Source: Gammaproteobacteria bacterium (GTDB taxonomy: Bacteria; Pseudomonadota; Gammaproteobacteria; Eutrophobiales; Eutrophobiaceae). Taken from it: DNA of 64,000 nucleotides. Below are positions 52,317 to 63,700 of this stretch, piece by piece; position 1 is the stretch's first letter, and each line of letters opens with the position of its first letter. The notes below the pieces were generated by a model. It saw nothing but the letters and a program-made list of their open reading frames with translations. It had not been told where the DNA came from and searched no databases. The translations under genes and the position numbers were made by a program. The stretch is taken from assembly GCA_965243205.1 (NCBI GenBank), contig CBDEUK010000002.1, forward strand, positions 736,001-800,000, read 5' to 3'.

Positions 52317-54193
52317 AATATTTCCTCAGGATATACGTAGGCTGCTTCACGTACTTTTTTAAACCATCTCCAAGCTAAAAATAAAATAAGATATACAACA
52401 TTACCTATTGCAACAGGGATAACTATTTGCATCATGTTAGGAGACGCTGACTCTTCAACAATAACTTCTTGTTGTATAGGAGCTTCAGTTTCAGCCATTT
52501 CTATGAACTCACCTAATTTTATTTCAGGATGATTAATAACAACTTCTCTACCAGAAGGACTTATTGTTTTTAAACGAAGGTTAACAATACTTTGTCCAGC
52601 TTGATCGGGGGTATATTGGAATAACCAACCGCTTTCTATGTCTATTAGATCGATTGTTTGCTGTATATTTTTTTGATTAGTTATTTCAACTGTAAGGTTA
52701 GATTGTTCCAAATAAATTAATTCTGGAATTATCTTGATTAGAAATTCCCATGTAGGAAATATTTCTTCTTGGTTTTCAGTTTCATTCTCTTTTACAGAGC
52801 CTGATATAGCTGAAAGCATTTTTTTTGCGTCTTTTTTAGCTCCTTTTTCCTCTACAATTTCTTGCCATGAAACCTCGATAGGCGAAGCATGCGCAGTTAT
52901 AGGAAAACGTTTTTCACGGATAAAAGTTTCGCTTTCTATTTTTAGAACTAATTCTTGTTCACCAACTTGCCATTCAGTTCCATGTTGATAGGTAATCAAA
53001 CCTTCAGCGCTTGGTGAATCTAAAGGTTTAATATGTTGTTCGCCTGAAGCATATGTTGTTACCAGATTACTTTTAATTAATTTTAGAAAATCAGATCGTG
53101 TAATTTTTTCTCCTTTTTCCTCCATCCATACTTCTAATGAAGCCTCTTCACCATTTAACACCACACTTGGCAAATCAGATGTTTGTAATTTTAAATCCGT
53201 TACAATCATCGCACGGTTATCTGGATCTTCATCTGCAATTAATTGCCAAACACCCGCTTCAGGTTGTTTGATTGAAATTAAGTCATAACCTGTATCATTT
53301 TTCCATTTAAGATATTCAAAAGATGATGATTTATCATAAACAACACCTTGCGGTGAGATCAGTTGCGTCGGTTTCGAATCCGATTTACGAAAAACTAATA
53401 AGGTTAATTCTGAAATACTATTATCGACATTAACTTTATTACCTTCTAATGGAACAGTATCTTGAGGTGCAGATTGCTCAAACAAACTCATGAACGTTCT
53501 TTGTAATAAATCTGCATTATCAACTTGTTGATAATGTCCTTCTGTAGCAACAGCCAATTCTTTTAATAAACGATGATCTGCATTTTTAGATAAAGCAATA
53601 GTATGCACATTAACTTTCTGTTCTTGTAAAGAAGTAATGACACTATCTAGTATACGATCCCGTGATGCCATACTAACTAATGAGTTTTTATCTATATCAA
53701 CAATACCATCCGTTAAAAGAATAATAGAACGTTGACGATTGGTATCTTGAGTCCACTTCGTTTCTGCTGAAACTAATGCAGATTCAATATTGGTATAAAG
53801 ATCTCGTGATTGGTATCGATTACTATGCTGCTCAGCCATACGTTTCCATTCTTCAGAAACAGAATCAAACGGTACTAACTCTCGCACTGAAGTGCCAAAT
53901 AAATAAATACCAACCTTAGCATTTTCAGGAGCCATTCCTGATAACAGTCTGATGGCAGGTGAGCGCATATTAAGAGGATCGTTTTGTTTCATACTGCCCG
54001 AAACATCAACAAAAACTATAACTTCTGAATTAATCTTATCTTTAGGCTTGTCTGCTTTGGAGTTATTACTTTCAACTGGTAAACCCAATAAATCGTTGCC
54101 AATACCCATCATCTCTGGCTGCGCATGAGCACCCAAAGTGAATATCGCAAAGATAATCATTGCAACTAATTGATGTAATGAAAATTTATTCAT
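52313..54193 (-). CDS. VWA-domain membrane-anchored protein (TIGR03503-like)
   Basis: Signal peptide, MIDAS DVSGSM...TNIE...LLTDG, YDLISIKQPEAGVWQ block, C-terminal TM plus WRWFKK. Confidence 0.85.
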   Translation of the reverse strand: MNKFSLHQLVAMIIFAIFTLGAHAQPEMMGIGNDLLGLPVESNNSKADKPKDKINSEVIVFVDVSGSMKQNDPLNMRSPAIRLLSGMAPENAKVGIYLFGTSVRELVPFDSVSEEWKRMAEQHSNRYQSRDLYTNIESALVSAETKWTQDTNRQRSIILLTDGIVDIDKNSLVSMASRDRILDSVITSLQEQKVNVHTIALSKNADHRLLKELAVATEGHYQQVDNADLLQRTFMSLFEQSAPQDTVPLEGNKVNVDNSISELTLLVFRKSDSKPTQLISPQGVVYDKSSSFEYLKWKNDTGYDLISIKQPEAGVWQLIADEDPDNRAMIVTDLKLQTSDLPSVVLNGEEASLEVWMEEKGEKITRSDFLKLIKSNLVTTYASGEQHIKPLDSPSAEGLITYQHGTEWQVGEQELVLKIESETFIREKRFPITAHASPIEVSWQEIVEEKGAKKDAKKMLSAISGSVKENETENQEEIFPTWEFLIKIIPELIYLEQSNLTVEITNQKNIQQTIDLIDIESGWLFQYTPDQAGQSIVNLRLKTISPSGREVVINHPEIKLGEFIEMAETEAPIQQEVIVEESASPNMMQIVIPVAIGNVVYLILFLAWRWFKKVREAAYVYPEEIL

Positions 54194-54405
54194 TTAATAG
54201 TTATCGTAATTTATATGAATAACTTAAATAATTTAGCTTGTGAGGAGCTTTGATAAATAGAAATGGATTTCTAAAAAATGCCGAATATGATGCGATTAAT
54301 ATTAAGTAAATATGGAGTTCTAGCTAATTTAACAAATAATTATTCTTAGCTAACACAACTTATTGATATTAAAAAATAAATTCTATTTTTTTAGATTCTG
54401 AATAC

Positions 54406-55500
54406 TTACTTGAACAGTTTATTTTTGATGTTTCGTAATATGGGTGTGAAACGGTACTTAAGCAAATGAAATAAGTTTGGCTTAAATCCGTTACGAAATA
54501 CCTCGATATCAACATGATTTGCTCGAAGATCAGTCCAATATTTTAGGTATTCGTATTCATCCGCACAGGTAAAATATTCACTTATTGAATCGTCAGCAAA
54601 ACAATCTTCGAGCACTTTGTATAATAAAACAGTTCCTGGATTATGCTCCTTATATCGGTCGTCATAATCTGCGCGAAGTGGGTATACAACACCTTTCTCA
54701 ATTAAATGGAATTCAAAACTGATGGGAATACCTTGATATCGCATAAACCAAAGAACCACTTGTCCTTCTGGTCCATACACATCTGTTAAGCGAAAGATAA
54801 AATCTTTACCCCCAGGGAAAGATGATAAGTCCGTATTATTTTTTCTTTTCCAACTGTTTGAAGATACCGTACACATCTCATCCATGAAGTTATTATTACT
54901 CGATGTAAGAGTATGTTTCTCTATAGAGTATTCATCAGATTTTTTGAAACGATTATATTTTCGATTAATGCTTTTGCGATATTTTTTAGGGCGTGATTTA
55001 AAATAATCATCCCACTCACCAGTAGTTGGGATGACTGGCGTTATTAAATTTTCATCCATTCCAAATGAATGATTACTGTCTTGTGTAGCGATAGTATAAA
55101 AATGATTCTCATTAGGTATTTTACTAAAGCAACTAAGATCCGTAGTGATTGAGTCCATCATCAAATTATAAATATCTTTGCGTTTATTCTCAGTGAGCTC
55201 AGGTATAAACAGAACATCTATGAAGGGTGCATACCCATTTTCAATTAAACAAGTAGTCTTGAATGACACCCCACAGCAATTACGTTTAGTAATCATCAAT
55301 GGCGCAATAGCTAGGAGTTTTTCCTGCTCTCTAATACAGATTATATGTAGAGATTCGTCAACTGAGAAAATAGGCCACCAAACACTGAGCCATTTGTGGG
55401 TAAGAGGTAATGTTCTATTACCTAATTGATCGGTCAGTTCATTCCACTCATCTTCAAGTGTCAAGAACTCTTCAAACGTCTGAATAATTATTATGTCCAT
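54406..55500 (-). CDS. GNAT acyltransferase, CelD/BcsL-like (Acetyltransf_6)
   Basis: EWNEL...WLSVWW...LLAIAPL, WDDYF..R.KK.RK, YD..Y...NPG..L, YLKYW. Confidence 0.85.
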   Translation of the reverse strand: MDIIIIQTFEEFLTLEDEWNELTDQLGNRTLPLTHKWLSVWWPIFSVDESLHIICIREQEKLLAIAPLMITKRNCCGVSFKTTCLIENGYAPFIDVLFIPELTENKRKDIYNLMMDSITTDLSCFSKIPNENHFYTIATQDSNHSFGMDENLITPVIPTTGEWDDYFKSRPKKYRKSINRKYNRFKKSDEYSIEKHTLTSSNNNFMDEMCTVSSNSWKRKNNTDLSSFPGGKDFIFRLTDVYGPEGQVVLWFMRYQGIPISFEFHLIEKGVVYPLRADYDDRYKEHNPGTVLLYKVLEDCFADDSISEYFTCADEYEYLKYWTDLRANHVDIEVFRNGFKPNLFHLLKYRFTPILRNIKNKLFK

Positions 55501-55656
55501 ACTAAATTGTTTCTTGTTAGTCAGGCGAAAGACATCACTTTATTTAATAGACTAACATCAGATACAGAAACTGGCAATCCTTCACAATAACTTATTTAAT
55601 AATAACGCTGTTTGAAGATTATGCTAGCTTAACGTAATTGGAGTTTAGTAAAAACT

Positions 55657-57000
55657 TTATAATTCTTTTATAAAAACCTTTGAATTTCTAGAATAATTAT
55701 AAAACTCTTGTTTTTCGATAGGTAATGATTCAAAACTTGATTCTTGAAAACCTTTCTCAATAAACCAATGTTCAGTTTGAGTTGTCAGTAAAAATAGTTG
55801 TTTGATGCCCTGCTCTTTTGCTTCGTCTTCGATTTGTTTAAGTAAAGAAGCGCCTTTTTGTTGCTGTTGATATTCAGGGTGAACAACTAAACACGCAAGT
55901 TCTGCAATATCATTAGCAAAACTATGTAAAGCAGTACAAGCAATCACTGCTCCATCACGAACCATTACAGTATAATCATTAATCTCTAATTCAAGATGTT
56001 CTTGTGAACGTTTAATTAACACACCATCATCTTGTAATGGATTGATTAACTCCAATATGCCAGGAATATCTTCTGAAGTTGCTTTACGAATTTCATCAAA
56101 CGGTGTTTGGCTAATTAAAGTACCAATACCATCTCGCGTAAATAATTCTTGTAACAAACTACCATCATTATTTTGATCAATTAAATGCACACGTTCAACA
56201 TTATGCTTACACGCTAAGATCGCATGTTCCAACTCTGCATATGGCGATTGATCTCTTTCACCTGAAGCAATCAAAATCTTTTCAGCTTGTGTTTGTGTTA
56301 ATTGCCTTAATAACTCGCCATCTTTATTTTGAATACCTTGATACGGAAAAATGAAACATAATTTTTGTGCCTTAAGTTCAATCGCTATTTGACTCGCAAT
56401 TTCTAGAGCACTGATATCAAATAACTCACCGGTAATTGAATAACCAACAGGTGGGATAATAACAATATCACCTTGATTGAATTGATTGGTAATTGCATCC
56501 ACATCAACGTTTCTAACATGGCCTGTGTAAAGTAAATCAGTACCTTCGATCACACCTGCTGGTTTAGCCGTTACATAATTTCCTGTAGAAGCTTGAATAC
56601 GTGCGCCTTCCATTGGTGAGTTAGGTAACTTCATGGAAAGTTTGGACATCAATTTTATTTGCAATGAACCAACGGCTTCTTGAATAAATTGTAAGGATTC
56701 AAAGTCAGTGACTCTTAAACCTTGAACGTAGTGTGATTCAATATTCTGTTCGGAGAGTTTCTTCTCAATTTGCGGTCGTGCGCCAAAGGTCAGAACCAAT
56801 TTAATGCCTAAACTGTTTAACAAGGCAATATCATGAATGGTCGAATCCAATTGTTCCGACTGCATAAGTTCACCTGAGAGATGGATCACCATCACACTGC
56901 CACGATGACTGTGAATATAAGGCGCAACACTGCGAAACCAAGTTACAAACTGTTCTTGGTCTAAAATACTATTTTGTGTTGTGTCAGTTTTATTCAACAT
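55657..57000 (-). CDS. argA: Amino-acid N-acetyltransferase (N-acetylglutamate synthase)
   Basis: FR..APYI..HRG, GARPQI, ELFTRDGIGT, LLTTQTEHWF..GF, YNYSRNSKV. Confidence 0.96.
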   Translation of the reverse strand: MLNKTDTTQNSILDQEQFVTWFRSVAPYIHSHRGSVMVIHLSGELMQSEQLDSTIHDIALLNSLGIKLVLTFGARPQIEKKLSEQNIESHYVQGLRVTDFESLQFIQEAVGSLQIKLMSKLSMKLPNSPMEGARIQASTGNYVTAKPAGVIEGTDLLYTGHVRNVDVDAITNQFNQGDIVIIPPVGYSITGELFDISALEIASQIAIELKAQKLCFIFPYQGIQNKDGELLRQLTQTQAEKILIASGERDQSPYAELEHAILACKHNVERVHLIDQNNDGSLLQELFTRDGIGTLISQTPFDEIRKATSEDIPGILELINPLQDDGVLIKRSQEHLELEINDYTVMVRDGAVIACTALHSFANDIAELACLVVHPEYQQQQKGASLLKQIEDEAKEQGIKQLFLLTTQTEHWFIEKGFQESSFESLPIEKQEFYNYSRNSKVFIKEL

Positions 57001-57006
57001 TAATTT

Positions 57007-58158
57007 TTACTCAATACATAAACGATGAATCAATTTATGAATGATTTCTGTCATCGGTTGTAATCGTTCGATGGGCACAAACTCATTGGCCTGATGTGCC
57101 ACATCAATATCGCCGGGGCCCATTATAATCGTTTCCATGCCCATTGCATTCAAATAAGGCCCTTCCGTTGCAAAAGCCACACTACTGGCTGAATTATCTG
57201 AAAGTTCTTCCGCCAGTTTTACTATTCTTGCATTATCTTCCGTATGCATCGCTGGCAGACCATCAAACAAATCTGCAAATTCAATTTTCAAACCCAAACC
57301 AGCAATCGCATTGCTTGCAGCTTTTCTAATTAACTGACGAGTCTCTGCTATTTCCATACCAGGCATTAAACGCACATCCAAACTTAACTCGCATTCAGCA
57401 CAGATACGGTTCGGATTATCCCCACCATGCAAACTACCTAAGTTCATCGTTGGGTAAGGCACAGCAAAACCAGGATTATGATACTGTTCTTGCAACTGAG
57501 TTCTTAAAGCCATTAATGCCGACATGACTTTATTCATACCTTCCAACGCATTATTGCCTAATTTTGGATTACTTGAATGCCCTGCTTTACCAATCAATTT
57601 GATGCCTTCCATCATCACACCTTTATGTGAATTGATCGGTTTTAATCCAGTCGGCTCACCGATTAATGCATGACGCCCAAGTTGTTTACCTGAATTCGCT
57701 AACGCCATTGCCCCTGACATGGTACTTTCTTCATCCGCTGTGCCTAAAAATATAATTGGTCTTTTTAGCTGCTTTTGATCAATTTGCGAGAGTACATCCA
57801 TCACCAATGGAAAAAAGATTTTCATATCAGTTGAACCCAGTCCAAATAACTTGCCATCTTTTTCCGTAAGCTTAAACGGATCTTGCTGCCACCGTTCTGC
57901 ATTAAAAGGCACAGTATCCGTATGACCAGAAAGTACTAAGCCACCCTCGCCTTGGCCAAAACATGCAATGACATTACTTTTATCTGGCTTACCATCAATC
58001 GGCATCTCTTCTACTTCTCCGCCTAAATCTTCTAACCAACCCGCTAAGAGGCTAGTCACACCCTGATTACTTTGATCAAATGCAGGGTCGACACTGCTCA
58101 CTGACGGCGTAGCAATCAATTGTCGAAAAGACTCCATCATTCCTGGATATTTCTGCAT
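57007..58158 (-). CDS. argE: Acetylornithine deacetylase
   Basis: LSGHTDTVP, GLGSTDMK, ADEESTM, GGDNPNRIC, AHQANE. Confidence 0.95.
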   Translation of the reverse strand: MQKYPGMMESFRQLIATPSVSSVDPAFDQSNQGVTSLLAGWLEDLGGEVEEMPIDGKPDKSNVIACFGQGEGGLVLSGHTDTVPFNAERWQQDPFKLTEKDGKLFGLGSTDMKIFFPLVMDVLSQIDQKQLKRPIIFLGTADEESTMSGAMALANSGKQLGRHALIGEPTGLKPINSHKGVMMEGIKLIGKAGHSSNPKLGNNALEGMNKVMSALMALRTQLQEQYHNPGFAVPYPTMNLGSLHGGDNPNRICAECELSLDVRLMPGMEIAETRQLIRKAASNAIAGLGLKIEFADLFDGLPAMHTEDNARIVKLAEELSDNSASSVAFATEGPYLNAMGMETIIMGPGDIDVAHQANEFVPIERLQPMTEIIHKLIHRLCIE

Positions 58159-58258
58159 TTTTTATATGCCTATTTTGTAAAAGTTAGACTGAAAATTGTC
58201 ATTGACTGGTGTATTCTAACGCACCTTTATGGTTGCACTAAAATAAGAACTTATCGCT

Positions 58259-59938
58259 ATGACAGAAAAACTCAATAAATATTCATCTCGCATCACACAA
58301 CAGAAATCACAAGGTGCTTCACAAGCCATGCTATACGGTACTGGCATGACCGAAGCCGACATGGATAAAGCGCAAATCGGTATTTCCAGTGTTTGGTACG
58401 ATGGTAACACTTGTAACATGCATTTGAATGACTTGGCTGCCAAGGTCAAAGAAGGAGTAGCCGCTGCGGGCTTAGTGCCTATGCGCTTCAATACCATTGG
58501 AGTCAGTGATGGCATTTCCAATGGTACAGATGGTATGAGTTTTTCTTTGCAATCACGTGACATCATTGCTGATTCAATCGAAACCGTGATGTCAGCACAA
58601 TGGTATGACGGCAACATTTCCATTCCCGGTTGTGATAAAAACATGCCTGGCTGCATTATGGCGATGGGTCGTTTAAACCGACCTTCATTAATGATCTATG
58701 GTGGCACCATCAAACCTGGCCATCGTAACGAACAAAAGCTCGATATCATTTCAGCGTTCCAAGCCTATGGTGAATACATTGCCGATACTATTTCTGATGA
58801 TGAACGTTTAGATATCGTTAAAAAATCTTGCCCAGGCCCTGGTGCCTGTGGCGGTATGTACACTGCAAACACAATGGCATCTGCTATCGAAGCAATGGGT
58901 ATGTCATTGCCTTATTCTTCTTCTACGCCTGCGGTTGATCCAGGCAAGATAGATGAATGCATACATGCTGGCGCAGCGATGAAAAACTTATTAGAAAACG
59001 ATATCAAACCACGCGACATCATGACACGTGAGGCGTTTGAAAATGCAATGGTACTGATCACGATCTTAGGCGGTTCAACCAATGCAGTTTTACATTTAAT
59101 TGCAATGGCACGTGCAGTGGATGTGGAACTCACCATTGATGACTTCCAAACTGTTTCCGATAAAACACCATTCATTGCCGACTTAAAACCAAGTGGTAAA
59201 TATGTGATGGAAGATTTGCATAACGTCGGTGGTATTCCAGCCGTTATGAAATATCTTTTAGAGAATGGTTTGATTCATGGTGATTGCTTAACCGTGACAG
59301 GTAAAACCATTGCCGAAAACCTAAACGATGTACGAGATTTAAGCTATGGCCAAGAAATTATTCAACCGTTGAATAAACCGATTAAAGATTCAGGACATAT
59401 CAGAATTTTAAAAGGAAACTTTGCACCTGAAGGTTCTGTTGCCAAGATTACTGGTAAAGAAGGTTTAAACTTCCGCGGCCCTGCGAATGTTTTCGATTCT
59501 GAAGAAGACATGCTGGCTGCATTAGAACAGAATAAAATTAGCAAAGGTGAAGTCATTATCATTCGTTACGAAGGTCCTAAAGGTGGTCCAGGTATGCCTG
59601 AGATGTTAACGCCGACTTCTGCGGTTATAGGTGCAGGTTTAGGTAAAGATGTTGCAATGATAACGGATGGTCGTTTCTCAGGTGGCTCACATGGTTTTAT
59701 CATTGGTCACGTCACACCTGAAGCTCAAGAAGGTGGACCAATTGCTTTGGTAAAAGACGGTGACATCATTAATATCGATGCGAATAAAAATAGTATTGAT
59801 GTTGAAATCTCAGATGAAGAATTAGCACAACGTAAAGCTGAGTGGACAATGCCTGCTTACAAAGCCACACGCGGAACGTTGCATCGTTATATCAAAACAG
59901 TAAAGAATGCTTCGGAAGGTTGTGTGACTGACGAATAA
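58259..59938 (+). CDS. ilvD: Dihydroxy-acid dehydratase
   Basis: [44 protein letters not shown]. Confidence 0.98.
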   Translation: MTEKLNKYSSRITQQKSQGASQAMLYGTGMTEADMDKAQIGISSVWYDGNTCNMHLNDLAAKVKEGVAAAGLVPMRFNTIGVSDGISNGTDGMSFSLQSRDIIADSIETVMSAQWYDGNISIPGCDKNMPGCIMAMGRLNRPSLMIYGGTIKPGHRNEQKLDIISAFQAYGEYIADTISDDERLDIVKKSCPGPGACGGMYTANTMASAIEAMGMSLPYSSSTPAVDPGKIDECIHAGAAMKNLLENDIKPRDIMTREAFENAMVLITILGGSTNAVLHLIAMARAVDVELTIDDFQTVSDKTPFIADLKPSGKYVMEDLHNVGGIPAVMKYLLENGLIHGDCLTVTGKTIAENLNDVRDLSYGQEIIQPLNKPIKDSGHIRILKGNFAPEGSVAKITGKEGLNFRGPANVFDSEEDMLAALEQNKISKGEVIIIRYEGPKGGPGMPEMLTPTSAVIGAGLGKDVAMITDGRFSGGSHGFIIGHVTPEAQEGGPIALVKDGDIINIDANKNSIDVEISDEELAQRKAEWTMPAYKATRGTLHRYIKTVKNASEGCVTDE

Positions 59939-59966
59939 TTTTATTAATTTATATAAAGGAAATTAT

Positions 59967-60572
59967 ATGAAACATTTAATATCGGTTTTGTTTTTGAGTT
60001 TACTATGCTCGATCAGTTTTGCGAATGAAAACTATATTCTTGAAATTGATGGTAAGACTTTTGATATTGGTATCGACAAAGTAAAAACGATAAATATCAA
60101 TGGAGATGAACACTCTGTAAAACTGATGCAAAAAGCATTTATAGAATACAGCAGTGGTTTATTTAGCTTTACACATGATAAAGACTATCAACCAAACAAA
60201 ACTGATTTAGGCCAAGGTATCTACCAATCCGCTATGATGTCGGCACTTGGAACGGTCATCATTGTACAAGAATATACAAACATAAATCCTTCGACACTCA
60301 TAGACTTAATGTTACAAGAAGTGACTCGAGAAGAAGTTCAAATAGGCTATACATATAAAGAAGAACCAATCTCTCAAACAATCGATGGCAAAACTTTAAA
60401 CGGTAAACTAGCCATCACATCATCGAAAAATGAAGAATGGAAACGCGCAGTCTATGCTCATGGCAAAGACCAAGAAGGTATATTAATCATGACGATGATT
60501 GAAAAAGAAAATTACAATACTGAAACAAAAATCATTGATGAGTTTTGGAAGAACTTCCAAATTAAATTTTGA
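59967..60572 (+). CDS. Hypothetical secreted protein
   Basis: 201 aa, signal peptide (SFA-NE), AAGGA SD; no family recognised. Confidence 0.78.
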   Translation: MKHLISVLFLSLLCSISFANENYILEIDGKTFDIGIDKVKTININGDEHSVKLMQKAFIEYSSGLFSFTHDKDYQPNKTDLGQGIYQSAMMSALGTVIIVQEYTNINPSTLIDLMLQEVTREEVQIGYTYKEEPISQTIDGKTLNGKLAITSSKNEEWKRAVYAHGKDQEGILIMTMIEKENYNTETKIIDEFWKNFQIKF

Positions 60573-60678
60573 CTACGCAACACTTAACTCTATAAATCTT
60601 TCTAAAAAGATATGTCAGTATAATTTACTACTAATTAGTAAATTGCTCAAATTTAAAACACTCTGACACATTTGTATT

Positions 60679-60711
60679 AAAAAAATGCCGACCAATTATT
60701 TGGTCGGCATT
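60679..60711. terminator. Intrinsic terminator for the RTX gene
   Basis: AAAAAAATGCCGACCAA-TTAT-TTGGTCGGCATT. Confidence 0.85.
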
Positions 60712-60740
60712 CATTAGATAGTAACTAAATTAATATTAGT

Positions 60741-63700
60741 TTATTGCCAAGCAGCTGCAATAGCCGTATTAAGTTCATTTTGTTGTTGAACAGTTAATCC
60801 ATCAATCGATGCTGGCTCCGTTGTACTAATTGATGCCATAACAGAAACTAATTGATCTAATTGATTTAGTAACAATGTTTTACCATCTGATAGTTCAAAA
60901 GTCTCAACTTGATAGTTTGCATTTAACATCTGGTTACTTACTGTTAACTTATCTTCCGAACCAATCACACTGATCTCGAGGTTGTTTCCAATTTTTCTAA
61001 ACCATAAATCATTTGCTGAAATGCCCGATTGAAATGTAACTTTGTCTTGATTCCCAGCCGCTGCATCATAATCATAAATCGTGTCTTGACCAGAGCCTAA
61101 GCCAAAGTGATAAATATCATCTCCATAGCCTCCGCTCATATAGTCATTGCCAGCACCTCCGTCTAAAATGTCATTACCATTGTCTCCATACAACGAGTCA
61201 TTTCCATCTTCGCCAAACAAGGTGTCGTTATCATTGCGACCATAAAGATAATCATTACCATCGCCACCACGCAACACATCATTACCATCCTGGCCATACA
61301 CCCAGTCGTTACCACCACCTGCGTTGATAACATCCGATGTCGCATAACCCGTGATCGTTTCACCATTGCTCGTTCCAACCAACAAGGTCTCCTTGATCCA
61401 ATCCAACACCCACGTCGTGCCATCCGCAAAACGAAGTTCTTCAATACTGTAACGCTCATCACCATCATTGAGTAAATAGTTACTCAACGTTAATTTGTCC
61501 GAGGTACCAACCACACTCAAAACTAGATTATTTCCGGTACGACTCAACTGAATATCGGTCGGCGCAATACCAGCCCCAAACTCAACCACATCCAAGTTAC
61601 CAGCCGTTGGGTCATAATCCGATATCGTGTCTTGACCAGAGCCTAAGCCAAAGTGATAAATATCATCTCCATAGCCTCCGCCCATATAATCATTGCCAGC
61701 ACCTCCGTCTAAAATGTCATTACCATTGTCTCCATACAACGAGTCATTTCCATCTTCGCCAAACAAGGTGTCGTTATCATTGCGACCATAAAGATAATCA
61801 TTACCATCGCCACCACGCAACACATCATTACCATCCTGGCCATACACCCAGTCGTTACCACCACCTGCGTTGATAACATCCGATGTCGCATAGCCCGTGA
61901 TCGTTTCACCATTGCTCGTTCCAACCAACAAGGTCTCCTTGATCCAATCCAACACCCACGTCGTGCCATCCGCAAAGCGAAGCTCTTCAATACTGTAACG
62001 CTCATCACCATCATTCAATAAATAGTTACTCAACGTTAATTTGTCCGAGGTACCAACCACACTCAAAACTAGATTATTTCCGGTACGACTCAACTGAATA
62101 TCGGTCGGCGCAATACCAGCCCCAAACTCAACCACATCCAAGTTACCAACCGTTGGGTCATAATCCGATATCGTGTCTTGACCAGAGCCTAAGCCAAAGT
62201 GATAAACATCATCTCCATAGCCTCCGCCCATATAGTCATTGCCAGCTCCTCCGTCTAAAATGTCATTACCATTGTCTCCATACAAAGAGTCATTTCCATC
62301 TTCGCCAAACAAGGTGTCGTTATCATTGCGACCATAAAGATAGTCATTACCATCGCCACCACGCAACACATCATTACCATCCTGGCCATACACCCAGTCG
62401 TTACCACCACCTGCGTTGATAACATCCGATGTCGCATAGCCCGTGATCGTTTCACCATTGCTCGTTCCAACCAACAAGGTCTCCTTGATCCAATCCAATA
62501 CCCACGTCGTGCCATCCGCAAAGCGAAGCTCTTCAATACTGTAACGCTCATCACCATCATTCAATAAATAGTTACTCAACGTTAATTTGTCCGAGGTACC
62601 AACCACACTCAAAACTAGATTATTTCCGGTACGACTCAACTGAATATCGGTCGGCGCAATACCAGCCCCAAACTCAACCACATCCAAGTTACCAGCCGTT
62701 GGGTCATAATCCGATATCGTGTCTTGACCAGAGCCTAGGCCAAAGTGATAAACATCATCTCCATAGCCTCCGCCCATATAGTCATTGCCAGCACCTCCGT
62801 CTAAAATGTCATTACCATTGTCTCCATACAACGAGTCATTTCCATCTTCGCCAAACAAGGTGTCGTTGTCATTGCGACCATAAAGATAGTCATTGCCATC
62901 GCCACCACGCAACACATCATTACCATCCTGGCCATACACCCAGTCGTTACCACCACCTGCGTTGATAACATCATCACCATTTGTACCAGTAAAGGTTTCT
63001 GAAGTGACAGTACCATTAGTATCAGAAGAACTAGAGCCACTGTCGTCATTACTATTTGAACTACCTGCAGCGATCAGAGTATCAATTTCATTACGCCCCC
63101 ATATTTCAGATGGTGTAGATTCAAAATGAAATTCTTCTAGTTGGTATTTTGGGTCAGTTCCATTTGACCAAAAATAATATTCCAAAGTCAGTTGTGTATT
63201 GACATCCAATGTTAAAATTAAATTATATCCAGACTGCTGTGCTGAAATTTCTGAAGGTAAAATATCGCCTTTAAAAATGACTTTATCTAATTTATTAGTA
63301 CCGTTATCGTAAAGGTAAATAGAATCTTTCCCATAGTTACGACCGAAATAATAGATGTCGTTTCCATCACCTCCATATAACCGATCGTTCCCTGCTCCTC
63401 CATCAAGAATATCATTACCATTCTCACCAACGAGGTAATCATTGCCATCATCTCCATTTAACACATCATTACCTTCACCGCCATAGACTGTATCGTTACC
63501 TGAACCAGCATCTAATGTGTCATTGCCATCAAAGCCGTAAACAACATCATCACCAGCACCAGCATTTAAAGTATCATCACTGGCATATCCACCTAACCAA
63601 TCATTTCCATCAGTTGCTGAATTCAATGCAGCATCTAGTAGATAATTAGTATCCCAAATCGTATCAGGTGAAGATTCAAATTGGATTTGGTTTATGTATG

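Noticed and set aside
58216-58656. 146-aa minus-strand ORF and similar short ORFs inside cheA, nuo, rluB, clpA and dapE
   Set aside because: Antisense or out-of-frame to strongly conserved genes, with no motifs of their own.
61163-63129. Repeated short ORFs (MMVMSV..., MGHNPIS...) within the RTX gene
   Set aside because: Alternative-frame and antisense artefacts of the 546-nt coding repeat.
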